DNA of 56,094 nucleotides, filler included, from Bipalium vagum (GCA_037834085.1; 3 parts of 3 records of this genome joined end to end with filler, not necessarily neighbours in it), one strand, 5' to 3'. Counted from the whole stretch's first letter, positions 11,369 through 24,400 are shown. The notes: generated by a model from the sequence alone, not told the origin. Numbers and translations are program-made.

Positions 11369-14300
11369 ATGGAAGATAATGAATCGTATCATTTGCTATT
11401 AAATAACGTTAAAAAATATGAAAAGCTTAAATATGAAAGCATGTATAATAAATTATTAAAGTGTGGATTTTCATCACATAGATGGTAAGATTACTGTGTC
11501 ATTTAAATATTTTAAAAAATTTTGAGTATTCTACTGTTTCAGTAAAAAAAGTTAATTTCAGACTTTAATAATATATTTAATAGACTTTGTATAAAGTTAA
11601 TATTTATAACGGTTATTAATGCAGTATGAAAGCAATCGTTTCAACTGGTTTGTCTAATGAGAGGGCTGCTGGAGAATGGTTTCATTTTCGTATTGTTGAA
11701 AAGGTTTTTAAAATCTAACGATCTAGGCTTGCAGCTCACATTGAGGATGATGAATTAGATACCAACAACTTGAGAGATTTTTATATTTCTCTTTGTCCCA
11801 AAGGCAGTTTGGATGAAGCTGTTAGACAATATTGGGATGTTTGCAAGGTCGAAACCGGTTGGGGCCCAGCTCAGGAATACCAACCACATGTCACAATAAT
11901 ACCGCGATTTCAAGTACGTTTAATAATAATAGTAATAGTAATAATAATACTTTAGCTGGAGAACAGTAAAGTTATCTTGCTCCATCACGTGATTCGAAAT
12001 CGACTGGCCAGTCAGCCTCTTAATCATCAAAGTCTAATGCTACCTCTCGAATTATTGTCCACCTGTGATCCTTTGGAATCGAAGAAAAGTTTCCTGGGAT
12101 ATCAAGCCACAAATCAGGCCCGAATCGTGCTTGAAAGCTTTTCCAACTCACTTCTGAAAGATCTGGATGAAAGTAAATAAACAAACACATTGATTAAATA
12201 AACTTTTTTTCAGTTGGTATAATAATGGATGAATCTGTTCGACGGTCGAGAAAGGGAATTTTCCATCTTTCGTTATCATATGGATTCTCAACATCCCATT
12301 TGACGTCATTGACATCATACATGACGGAAATCGTGTCACCGAACATTAAAGAAGAGCCACTGGGCCTCTGGGACCTGTGTTTGTTTTCTTGTGACCATCG
12401 ATTGCTTTGTATTGAGGTTTGAGACCATTTTTAATGATGCTTTTATTATTTTTATTGATTATTTTATTATTTCTAATGATATTTATTAATAGTAATTATT
12501 AAGAATTTGTGGAGATGTCTTCTGCTGTAGGTCCAGAAATCAGTTTTCGATTAAGTTATCTCCTGTAGTTGAATTTAAAAGAATGTATTATACCAGCATC
12601 AAGTTGCTGGATGAGACCGGTAGCTTTAGGTGGAAGAAATAAAAGTTTTATTGCTACAGGATGTCTAGTGAATAAGAATCCTCTAAAAGTTTTTTATTAA
12701 ATTCTACTAGCCATTCAATAAAAAATTGAAAGGATAATACTTGGTGTGGAGTTATTTTTATAATGACTTAACATTTATATTTTTAAGGCATCTTGGAGAT
12801 TTATATTTTCCAATGATTGAAGGCGGCAACTTTAATCCTTCTCAGCTGAATTGAAACTCTTAGTTCTGATCCTATTTTCGTGTTTATTTTATATTTTTTA
12901 AAGGATAATGTTCTTTCTGGAAGCCTTTATAGAAAATGGTTAATTTTTCACAATTAAATATATATTGTTTCCATCGTATTGCTCGAATTTATTTTTAACT
13001 ACAATATGAAAATCATCTACTACATTATCTATTAAGTCAGCTTCCTCTGTCAGTTTAAACGATTTTATCTGATGCCTTCTTTTGAAAGATTCCAGCCAAC
13101 CGGAAGATGCTTTGAAATTAATTTTCATTTCCTTTACAAGATCAAGAGCTTTTGTTCTTAATATGTCATCGGTAATGATAACATTTTTCAACCTTTTATG
13201 CTAAAACCATTTATATAAATGGTCATCATATCCTTACTTTTATTCAAATTCGATTTCCTTTTATAAACTAGATTATTTAAATTCAATATATTGTCGGATC
13301 CCTTAATAATTGAGTTGGTACATCCGAAAAAGCATTTGTATTCTTCAACCAGATTTCTTTGTGGAGTCTTCGATTCATGATATGTCAATAATTATCTGAT
13401 TGGCCTTCATTTAGTATTTTCTGTCAAATTCAAGATAGTTTTGAATTTTTAAGATGTTCAAGTTAAACAAACAAATTTTTAAACTTTTTTATATAGGAAA
13501 TGCAAATAATTTTTTAAATGTTCATGTTCAAAGTTACACAATGTTCAAGTTTAAAGATACAAAATTTATAATAATTTAAATCAATATTCGCAAAAAAATA
13601 ATTTTGTTCAATTAAAAAAATTATGTTAAATAGTGTTAAAGTTAAGCAGGTTCCACTATTATTATTTTTTATCGATTTTATAAAAATTTACACGCAAATT
13701 TGCTTAGGAAATGTACAGAATGCGTAGTTCGTTATCGGAGTGGGAACTCGGCGACAGAATAAGTCTCGATTACAACGACGGTGATCTAGTCGGACTTTTG
13801 TCGACCGGACTGGAAAACGGTGCCTCCAATTCCTCCTACGGCATTGTGTCCGGTATCAATACATGTACAGGTAAAACGGGCACTTTCATGATCGAGAGAG
13901 GGGAACGTGTTCCGCTCTGTCACTCTTGGGTCACTCACCAGTAATCACTACTTTGATCGAATTTTTCAATCGATTGTTTCTTTTCAATCCAAATCAATTC
14001 AAATGTTTCAGGAGATTACCCCTGGACACCGTTCCCGAGCATCGGTTGTCGACGATTCCATTGGACATTCGGGAACCGATGACGGTGGTGATACCTAATT
14101 CCAAATCACTCAATGCGTCCAACAATTCAAAATCGGAAAAAGGTGCTCGTCGCGTTTTCATAATGCGTCATGGGGAACGGGTCGATTTCTGTTTCCGTAA
14201 TTGGATAGCGAAATGTTTCGACAACAAAGGCACTTATAAACGCTACAATCTCAACATGCCTCCTGTGTTACCACGACGAAAACCGGAACAATATTTCCAC

Positions 14301-16849
14301 GATTGTCCGTTGACAGTGATCGGGTCTCGCGTCTCATATGAAACAGGTTTGGCATTACGGCGTGCTGGAGTCACGTTTAAACAATGCTACAGCTCTCCAG
14401 CTTTACGGTGTGTCCAAACGGCCGCATGTTGTCTGAAAGGATTACGACAGGTATTGATTGATTGAATCTTTCAATGATTTTTCAACCATGATAAAATTAT
14501 TGATTTTAGTTTGAAATATTTTTCTTTAAATAACTTTCCGGGTTTTTATTGGTTGACTCTTTGTACCATAAAACGGCATTGTTATCCGTATTAATTTCTT
14601 TATTGATTTTCCTTCGAAAATATTGATTTTTTTGGAAAGTTTCTTTGTTAGTTATGCATTGCCTTTACTCGGAAAATACCAAAATAATAATTGATTTTAT
14701 TTTTTAAGAATGTGTTTTGTTTTTATTGGGGAAATGATTTCCCTTCCCATAAAAAAACATTATTGACGGAACTTTAATTATTTTGAGGAAGATAATAAAA
14801 ACGGAAATCGTGACAAACCGATTTTGATTAAATGGCTTGTTCTGCACAAAACCGTATTAAAATAATTAATTTTTTTAAAATATTTTATCGATTGGCTTAT
14901 GTGGATTTTAAAAATGATCATTGATATTTTTCAGTACGAAAATTGTGTGTTTACTGGTGAAAAAATATATAAATCTTGATTTTTTTGAAAGAAAAGGATG
15001 TCTTTATGACAAATATTTTTCACCAATTAAAGTGACAAAACGTTATTCTACGGTTTTTTGTTATCGATCTCACCATCGATTATTCCTGATGCTAAATTTC
15101 GTAATTCACCGTCCAACTCGATTTTGTTTGAATATCAATCGGGTTTGGTGCAAAGGTCAAACCGGAATAGTAAAACTTATTTAGAAGTATTTTTATTGAT
15201 ATTTCTAAAATTGATTTTATTTTTAACGATAATAAAAACAACATTTTTATTGATAAAATATTTTTTTACTTTACTACATTAAAAATAATTAAAAAATAAT
15301 AATTGATTTTTCAGTTTTTTATCAGAAGCATTTCTTATCGATTTTCCAATGAAAATTGGGGTTCGTTGATGAAAATTTTTCTCGCTATTTCAATTCTTCC
15401 ATTAAAAAAACAATTTTTAAATTAATTAAAAAACCCCATCTTTATCTGATTTTTGTCATTTATTTTTCCGAGAAAACATTTTCTTTTTTTATCCCTCGGT
15501 TTTGTCTCTACAAATGAAAATACAGCACAACGATTATTGATATTTTGTAAAATTGTTTTCTCGAACATTTCCTCTTTCAATGAAAGAACCAGCACAATTT
15601 CTGTCATTTTAAACGAGAATTATTTTCCAGGAAGATATCGGAATCCGCATCGAACCGTTTCTGTTTGAGTGGCTCGGCTGGTACAAAGGTCAAATGCCTA
15701 ATTTTCTGACCTGTGATCAACTCCAAGCCGAAGGTATACCGATTCAATCACAATACGATTCCGTCAGTCGCTTTTCGGATCTCCGTTTAAATGAGACGCC
15801 CAGTCAATATTATGAGCGGAAAGGTCGATTGGTGAAAAGATTGGTGGAGCTGAATAAAAACAAAGGTAAGATAAATAGCGACAATGTGAGACAGACTGCA
15901 GAGAGAAAAAAGATTATGATAGAAGGAAGAGGAAAGAGAATGATGAAAAAAGACAGAGAAGAGTGAAAAAGAAATATAGGGTTTGGTAGAGGTGGAAGAC
16001 GAGAAGCAGAGAAAGAGGATGCAGATAAAGATGAGAGAAAGACTAAAAAGAAATGGAAAGAGTTTTGGACAAAGGATAGAAAAAGGAAGATGAGACGGGT
16101 GAGAGAGATGTTTGAAAGGAAAAGGGAAGACTGAAAAAAGAAAGTCGTCAGAGATTATATAGAGATAAGAGAGAAACCAGGAAGAGGAAATGAAAAGGAG
16201 AGAAACAGAAAAAGGAAGGGAAGAAAAAGATAGACAGAAAGACAGACAGATAGAAAAAATAAGACAGACTAGAGATAGACGATTACGATGGAAGGAGAAT
16301 GGGAAAGAGAAAAGTGAGAAAGACTAGAGAGAATTTGAGATATTATTAAGAACAAAAATAGAGGGAAGGATGGGGATATATAAGATAAAGGATTGAGAAG
16401 GGAAGATACAAGAGATGATGAAACAGAGTGAGAGACCAGAAGAGAAAGAAAAGGAAGGATTTAGAAAAGATGAGATAAAGGGGAAAGAAACAGAGATAGA
16501 GAGAAAGAAGGGAAATTGGAAGGAAGAAAGACTGGGAGAGAGAAAGAAGAAAACAAAAATTGTTTTCTTTATTTTGTCATTCTTTTCTTCATCAGGTACC
16601 ACATTATTGATTATCGGACACGCAGCCTCGCTGGATGTATGCACTCGTCCGTTGATCAATAAATCAAACTGGCCTCCACAAATCAATGAGGACGAGTTTC
16701 ATTCTCGGTCTGCCGTCGTCCCCTTTTGTGGCATTATTGTAGCCGAAGAACGAACGCTTCGCTGGCAACTCGTTGATTCACCAATTTCGCCGTTTACCCA
16801 CTGTAAGAATGGTGATTTTAATTGGCGAGATGTTTTCTTGTCCAATTGA
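11369..16849 (+). CDS. UBASH3: UBASH3/STS-family (ecdysteroid-phosphate phosphatase-like) protein: UBA, 2H phosphoesterase, SH3-like, histidine phosphatase; 9 exons
   Basis: Hand-spliced GT-AG exons, all in frame: 11369-11484, 11625-11678, 11727-11913, 11956-12172, 12214-12416, 13708-13940, 14012-14450, 15631-15865, 16596-16849. UBA LLKCGFSSHRCMKAIVSTG...AGEWLAAH; 2H motifs PHVT and HLS; phosphatase motifs RHGERVD, SSPALRCVQTA, IEPFLFEW and IGHA. Confidence 0.92.
12500..13658 (-). mobile_element. Decayed pogo/Tigger (CENP-B-like) transposon in UBASH3 intron 5
   Basis: ORF 12940-13191 contains FKASSGWLESFKRRH (CENP-B HTH). Downstream frames give IIGKYKSPRCLK and FLPPKATGLIQQLDAGII (DDE_1 motifs). 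TIR-like AGTGGAACCTGCTTAAC on the minus strand at about 13641-13658. Confidence 0.85.
15870..16560 (+). repeat. Purine-rich (A/G) low-complexity tract in UBASH3 intron 8
   Basis: About 700 nt dominated by AGAGA/GAAAG/GACAGA on the + strand, flanked by the GT donor at 15866 and the AG acceptor at 16595. Confidence 0.85.
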
Positions 16850-17409
16850 TTAAAAAATTGATTTTTTTTAATGACGAAAGAGAAGAGAGAAATATTGGAT
16901 GGTCGGGTGGGGTCCCGCAACGGAGGAGTAGACCTTTCTCATTCATTTTCCCTAGTTATTGAATTGTTATCCATTGCAACACGAGTTTATCTGTGTGTGT
17001 GCATGTGTTACTGGTGCGACCAGTACTCATACTTATACATATATACATAATAAGTTATTTTGTTGTACTCCACAAATTTGGTTTGGATCGCCGCCGCTCT
17101 TATTTTTATTACCTATTTATATTGATTATTGAATTTTATGACAAGTGTCAGTATAGAATCGTGTTTTAAATTTTATTTTCAGTTGTGAAAAAATCAATGC
17201 ATCACTTTTCCTTAGAATTAAATTTAACAACAAAATTAATATTCGATTTTTCAATTATAATTTTTAATACATACTCATGGTATGGAGCTCATTTGTGTAT
17301 GTGTGGTTTTTATTATTTATTATTCAGAAAAAAATTTTTCATTTAAGTATAAAATATTATTTTTTAAAATTGTACAGTAGTATTTATCTCACTGACTCAA
17401 ACAGCTAGA

Positions 17410-17560
17410 AAGATGGATGCCTGAGTCTTTTTCCGGAGAAAAAGGAAATGTAGCATCTAACAAAATTTAAGAATAAAGATTTTTCGCGAAATATCGTTAC
17501 AAGTAATGAAATTTGGTATGTAATGATAATCCCAATCGAAAAAATTTATGAGATTTACAG
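17410..17560 (+). pseudogene. mariner transposase fragment
   Basis: GRWMP (WVP-like motif) and NIVTSNEIW...DNPNRK, equivalent to mariner IVTGDEKW...DN. Confidence 0.5.
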
Positions 17561-18202
17561 TAAAACGATATTGAACCCACACAAACCTCCAAAAAAAACT
17601 TGCAGAAACTGCTGATCTCAAGGAACTTCAGGATCCGAAAGAGAGTGATGATAACTCTCCCAAATTAATAATTGATTAAAAACATTTTGCAATTGATATT
17701 TAATGTGCATAAAAAGGCTTTATAAGACCTACTTTTTATAATTCGAGAGATGTGATATATTATTATTTGTCTAAAAAGTATTACTTAAATAATTAATATT
17801 TGTTATTTATAAATAATAATTTTACTATTTTCATTAACTGAAATATGTAATTTTAGCTCGAAATCATCAACTCAACTTTTTAAATTGGTGTTCGTTTTAC
17901 TATTGCAGCTACACAAATTTTAACTATATTGAATCAAAACTCCCACAACAATACTTTATCTATTTCCAACCAAAATTGAATCAAAACAATCGCAATAAAA
18001 CTTTAAAATACTAAAAAAAAATTTTACACAGGTCACAAAATCAATCAAATCGATTGACAAAATTTCCAAACCAAGTTTATTATCAATTCTCTGAAAACTG
18101 TTAAGCTAAATGAACCATGAAATAATATTAGGATGAACCATAAGTTTTTTCGTTTTTTTGTTTAAGTATTTCAAAGTATTTTTTTCAATTGATAGAAATA
18201 TT

Positions 18203-18302
18203 NNNNNNNNNNNNNNNNNNNNNNNNNNNNNNNNNNNNNNNNNNNNTTAATTAATTAANNNNNNNNNNNNNNNNNNNNNNNNNNNNNNNNNNNNNNNNNN
18301 NN
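18203..18302. other. Assembly spacer (N44-TTAATTAATTAA-N44)
   Basis: 100-nt gap carrying a six-frame stop linker, identical in layout to 40207-40306. Confidence 0.97.
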
Positions 18303-18441
18303 TTTGTCATCAAATATTGTATTAGTAATTCAATTTATTTAATTTTTCTTTAAATAAATAAAATAATATAAATTAATAGTAATAATAATAAAGTAAATAA
18401 TAATAAAATGAATAATAATAAAATGAATAAAATAATCTAAC

Positions 18442-18640
18442 CCAAAAACATGTCCACAAGGCCGTATAGCAGGATCGAAGTGGCAAGGGGACGATAGGCG
18501 GAATCTGGAAACAATAAATGATAATAAATTAAAATAAATAAAAATAAAAAAATACCTGAGGCGGTGTCTGAGTTCCTGAAATGGGAATTGGAAAAAAATA
18601 AATAAAATCTGATCGGGGTGGTGTCCATATGTGGTAGCAT
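18442..18640 (-). CDS. 5' exons of a small membrane-protein gene (partial, runs toward the gap)
   Basis: GC-richer exons 18640-18556 and 18504-18442 are joined by a 51-nt GT-AG phase-1 intron, giving MLPHMDTTPIR...DTASDSAYRPLATSILLYGLVDMFLG, followed by another GT donor at 18441. Confidence 0.45.
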
Positions 18641-18862
18641 TGAAGTATTTATATTGTTAGAACTTTACCAATAGCATACAGGTGAACGAAACTATCATAT
18701 GTGAGTATATAGTTAGATGTGTTACTTGACGTATCATTAATCCAAGTTTTCAAAGATACAAATTAATTATTACAATTTTGTTTTTTATCAGTTGTTATTT
18801 CAAAAGGAGGTGTGTTAGCACACATAATAAACACTTTGTATAAATAAGGTATTTTACGGTTC

Positions 18863-19856
18863 TTAGGTGCGATCCTAAACCTCTAGAATTACATAAGAAA
18901 AGGATAGAATAATTCATCCAAATTTATTTTAATACAAGTTTAGTATAAAACAAGAAAATTTATGTATTTGATTATATTTCTATATAAGCACCTTGATTGT
19001 CAATGGATTTTTGCTATCTGAGTGCTGGTTCATGAAAAGCTTTCAGAAAATGAGTTTGCGACAGTGTATCAAGATATTTTTAGATGTGACTTTTTAGCTC
19101 AGGTTGATCCTTAAAAATTTACCAGGTAATAAGAAATAAGAAAAAATCTGATGGCGCCAAATTGGGGCTATATGCTAAATGGCTGAGTTGAACAATATTC
19201 AAATTTTGAAGAGCTTCTTGGCTTCGTTGGGATGTATGAATTGAAGCATGAAGAAACCAATAAAGAAGCCCGTGTTGTTTTTTACGTCGTTGAAGGGATT
19301 CACGACAACAATGAATCTTCTCTGCATCATATTAGCGAATGCGAATTTCCGAACACTAATCAATTTTAATAGTCTCTCACAAGTACTATAACACAAACTC
19401 GAGTTGCTCGATCTCTGACAGTTATCCTTCTTTCTGTTCTTATAATTTTAGTAATTTCTGCTTCCTTTATCTTCTCCGATTGCTGTTGGTCTTTCTCCAT
19501 ATTCTCTGAACAAACAGAAGTCTTTCCTCTACGGAATTCTGCTATCCATTTGTAAATGATGTTTTGATGGACTTTCATTTTGAAAAACGTGACTCAATTC
19601 ATCAACTATTTCCTTTCCACTCAAATTTTCTTAAGCATCTTTTTCATAATAGCACAAAACTCCAAATCATTTGAATTCATTATTTAACAAAAATGACATA
19701 AGATTTAAAATATGTGCCAATTTTACACTAACACAACTAAACAATTAAAACAAATATTTTTCATAACCATCAGGCGTTACAGTAAAAACATGCAAACTTT
19801 CAATAAAATATAATTAAGATATTGGCTCCACGAGGTTTCGGATCACACAACGTAAT
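18863..19856 (-). mobile_element. Internally deleted mariner element with both TIRs
   Basis: Diverged TIRs (GTGCGATCCTAAACCTC / GAGGTTTCGGATCACAC). N-terminal IYKWIAEFRRGKTSV HTH. AYSPNLAPSDF at about 19140-19175. Confidence 0.8.
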
Positions 19857-20928
19857 AATTTTAATATACTTAAAATCCCAAAAAGGCGAGACTATCGTTA
19901 TTTTGACAAAAAAGATCAATTTTCTTGATCAGTTTTTTGAAAATATCATTTCTTTTCGATTTTTCATTTTATCATTTTTATCATAGACAAAATGTACAAT
20001 TTTCAAATTTCAACTGCACGAATATCCACTTAGGGATAAGTTGAACGTTCTCTGTCACAATCAGTTATGTAGACTGACTGGAAGCACTCAAAGTAGTTGA
20101 GATACTAGTAAAACGTTTTACAACTATTTCCCATATTTTATCTTTTTCCCATTGACTTTATATAATCGAGTTAAGTCATCTTAAAAATTAATGATAATTT
20201 TCGAGTAGTTATTAAAAATAATTCATAATTTAAACAAGGAAATTATTTAGAAGTAAAACTATAATTATATTAATTATTTATTTATTTTTCTTAATTTTAA
20301 ATATATGAAATCTTAATAAAATAAAATAATAAAATTTAATTTAATTTTAATAAGACTTGACAAAATTTAAATTATGGTTCTAGAGAATTTAGCTGAGAAA
20401 AAAATATTGCAATTGTCAACTGCAATATTTGTTTTACTAAAGTTTGTTTATTTTAATTTTAAAGTTAAAATATAATAGGAACAAATTATTATTATTTTGT
20501 TTTTTAAACAAATATTTAGTTTCCATTACTTCTATTGAGGGATAATATCAGTAATTATTATTGAATATTATCGATTACCGAGATAAAAATAAACAATCCT
20601 ATAAATAATCATTCCTCTACTTTCAGAACGATTAACAAGATTCATTTGCTTTCAGAAAAACTAGGTCAAATATTCAGTTCTTTTAAAAATATATAAATAA
20701 TCACCCTTTTTATAAATTTTAACAATCCTTGATTTAAACAAATAATTTATTAAACTCTTTTTTGGGAATGTGGATAAAGGTTGATTTTTGAATTTTTAAT
20801 ATTTTTTCTAAAGATGGTTTTGTTATGATATTGACATTTTCTGTTATTTGTGATTTCTTATTTGGGGTTTTTTTTCCATTCTATTTATGACTACCAATTT
20901 TTAAATGATGTCAGTGGTTGAAAGCTAT

Positions 20929-21300
20929 ACAGGGTGATTCATAAATGTATATACGCGTTTAAAGAAATAAAAATTAATTAATTTGTCAATGAAGATGAAT
21001 CATTTTAATATATTATTGTAGATAAATCATTGGAAAAATATAAAATATAAATATAAAAAAACGCTTAATAAATTCGGTTGAAAATGGAAAAAAAATTGCT
21101 TTAAGACCGTATACATATTTATGAAACACCTTGTATAAAGAAGGAAAATAATACACAGAAGACAAAATAGATGACATCTGTACAGAAAGGTTACTATTTA
21201 ATGCAGATTTAGCAAAACGTTGAGCCATGAAGAAGACTCCGTTCAATAATGATTGTTTTATCGTGCTGTGAAATGAAATCAAATGAAGAAAAATATATCA
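20929..21300 (+). mobile_element. Tc1/mariner-superfamily (maT/rosa-like) remnant
   Basis: TA+CAGGGTGATTCA TIR-like start, followed by a short degraded coding-like stretch. Confidence 0.35.
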
Positions 21301-21482
21301 TATTAATTTTATAGCACTTAAAATCAACTTGAAGAAAAAATAAGTTAAATATATATTGTATATTCTTTCCTAGTTAGGTTCTCTGGATCTTACTTTTTCA
21401 AGGGTTAATGATGAATAAACATTTATCTCTTTTCAGAAGATTTGGAAAAAGTTAAACATTGTGAATTTTGTACATTTTAAAG

Positions 21483-24400
21483 TTTCTCTTACAAAAAGAG
21501 TACTATTCTGCGGTACCAAGCTAATCGTATAAATGATAGCTTTACCCTGAAATCATCTCTCTTCAATCCGGTCCATTCTTTCATTAACCATAAACACGAT
21601 CAGCCAGAGCACCAGGTAAGAACAAAAAGAAAATTGTCCAAATGTTTAAAAGATAATTAACGTGGTTTGAAATTTTCAATACGAAAAGTCTAATGAGATT
21701 ATAATTTCATAAAACGAATTTCACGCGGTTTCCGCATTGATAAAAATGTACCGGTTTCTTGGAATTTGTCCGTGAAACCAGTTTTTTTAGAGAAAATAAA
21801 TGATAAAAGCTGTTCGTTTTATCTCTTGCGCTATTTTTCAATTAAACTTATGTTTGGGAGAAAATGAAAAATTCAAACAAAGAGATTAAGCAAAAATAAT
21901 TTGAAAATTTTATTTATTTATATTTTTCTATTTTCACACTTTTCTATTACCAATTTATTTTCATAAGAAATTAGAACTATATAAACACTTGAAATAAAAT
22001 GGGATAGTTTAAGAACAACTTCATCAATGTAAATGTCAAAATAAAGTACAAATTATTTTATGAAGATTGAAAGATACAATGTTTTTTATAATAATAAAAA
22101 GGGAATTCTGACTGACTGAAACGGAAATCAGTGAAATTAATGCAATCCGACATGAGGGAAGATTTTCGCTTTTATTTCTTTTAATTATCTTTGTCCACAG
22201 AAATGTCCGTGGAAACGGCAAGTCAATATTGAAAATGTTCAATTATTTAAACAAAATAAACAATATTAATTGTTATACACACTTTTGAACTATTAATAAT
22301 AATTACGATGACGGATCTCATTACTTAATTATATAAATAAAAATTAATATAAATGACTTTTGTTAAAGTTAAATTAGAAAGCATTTGAGTGTGTTGATAT
22401 AGATATATTGTAATATTTTCAAAACCGCCATTCCTCAAAATATCTATTGAAAATTATGACCTAAATGTAAAATTATCGATTTATTATCTTATATAGTATT
22501 TTGGAAACTTCCATCATTGATCAAGGTCTCTAAAAAGGGAAGAAGTTAAAGTTCAAGAGCAAAATTAATCAAGCGAAATCAAATCGGAGATAGACAAATT
22601 CTTGGTGCACCCGATAAGTATTTTCATGCAAAACTTAATATATTTCGAAAATAAAACATAACAAAAAATCTATTGGAAATTGCTCAACCGGAATGAGATA
22701 ATTGATTCCACTAAATATTGTGAGCAATTGGTCAGATTAAATGAGAAGTTGATAAAAATGCGCCTATTTTTAGTATATATGAAAAAGGTGTTAATTAACA
22801 TCATACAAATGCCAAGCCGCTGATGTCAAAAATGACATCAAACAAATTTAAAGACGTAACTCACCCTCCACGTAGTCCAGACATTTTCCCAACAGATTTC
22901 CACATCTTTATATCTTTGCAACATTTCATTTTTTGGGAATAAGTTCCAAACTGAAGGTGAGATCAAACATCGGATCACATTGGCCACAAATCTACAGTGT
23001 TCTTCGATAAGAGAATTAAATGTTTTTCTGATAAGTGGCAGACTATAGTTGATAGCAATGATGAATGCCATTGATTAATGCAACGTTTTAATGTATTACT
23101 TTTGTAAAATAATTTTTTTTGTTAAAAACAAGGTTATTTTCTGACTTACCTAATATATTGTAATACGGTGTTTATTTAAAAGTATTCTATTATTATTTCT
23201 GACATTTGATTGAATAAATGAAAACTACGGAGTTGAATAATAATTTTATATTATGATTTTAAGAGTTTTTAATCAGATTTTACCGAAACCTGGCATCTGG
23301 TTTCCGTGCAACGAACACACCAGCATACTAAACATGGTCAATCTATATGGGTTTTAAGAAATTCCGATAGAAGTGTGCAACATGAACCTTCTACCAGTTG
23401 ACAAGATGAAACATTGAGTAAAATCATGAATACACCGCTTATCTGATATCAATAGGTTCTTTAAATTTGGAAGATTTTCAAAACATTGAGATTTATCTTA
23501 TATATTTCTCACAGGAGATTATTTTACATTCTATTTGGAAAAGGCAATTTTATTTCTATTAAGGTGTCTACAAAATGAGTATAACGGTTCACTAGGTTTG
23601 TATGAGACTGATTATAAGATAACTTTTTACATTTCTGGGATTTTAACAAAGGATTGAACGAGGTTACCACATTTGAACATTGTATTTCTTACTTGAAAAT
23701 CATCAATCAAAGTTTTCAAAGATAAAATGGATACAATTGTTCAAAAAATAAATAAAAATTAGGAGAAAATAAGTTTCTGTTTGTTTTTGCATGGGTAATA
23801 TCTCATGTTTATCAAAATTATTGTTGTATGCGCCAAAGAAAATTTTCTTTCGGTCTACCTACCATCGAATGTACCATCTGAAATTTATAAAATTCTATCA
23901 ATAATTTTTGGATTTTATTTTATTTAATAAAAAAGTTTATTTTTAAGAATTTTTCCATTTCCGTTCCCACCAGCCCCCGAGACTCATATCTTTACAATTC
24001 TGATACAAACAGTCCTAAACGAACCAAACGAAAATGTGAAACTGCTCCTAGGAGAATGAAATACAAAATAGCGTCTCTTTCACAATCATATTACAGAACA
24101 ATGAGTTGGATATCATCATCCAGCTTGCAAACAGGTTCTAATATAAATACAAAAGCTCAATCGTCCATTTCATGTTGTTCTTCATCATTAAAGTCTCATT
24201 TTGATATTTCGTCAACTAGTTTACACTATCAGGAAACCCGTGATGTTCTTCTGACAAAGGAAACCTTTGAGAAGTTCGGAATAAAAATAAATCGTATTGG
24301 TGAGGTATTGTCTTATTGAATACATTCTCTATTCTGATTCTGATATTTTTCATAGAGTTTTTATATTTCCATGATTGTCAGTGATTCTGCTGCAGCCAAG

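Noticed and set aside
15694-16686. ORF extensions 15866-15966 and 16415-16595, and antisense ORF 16324-16686
   Set aside because: These are read-through into a purine-rich intron; the true exons are bounded by GT/AG at 15865 and 16596.
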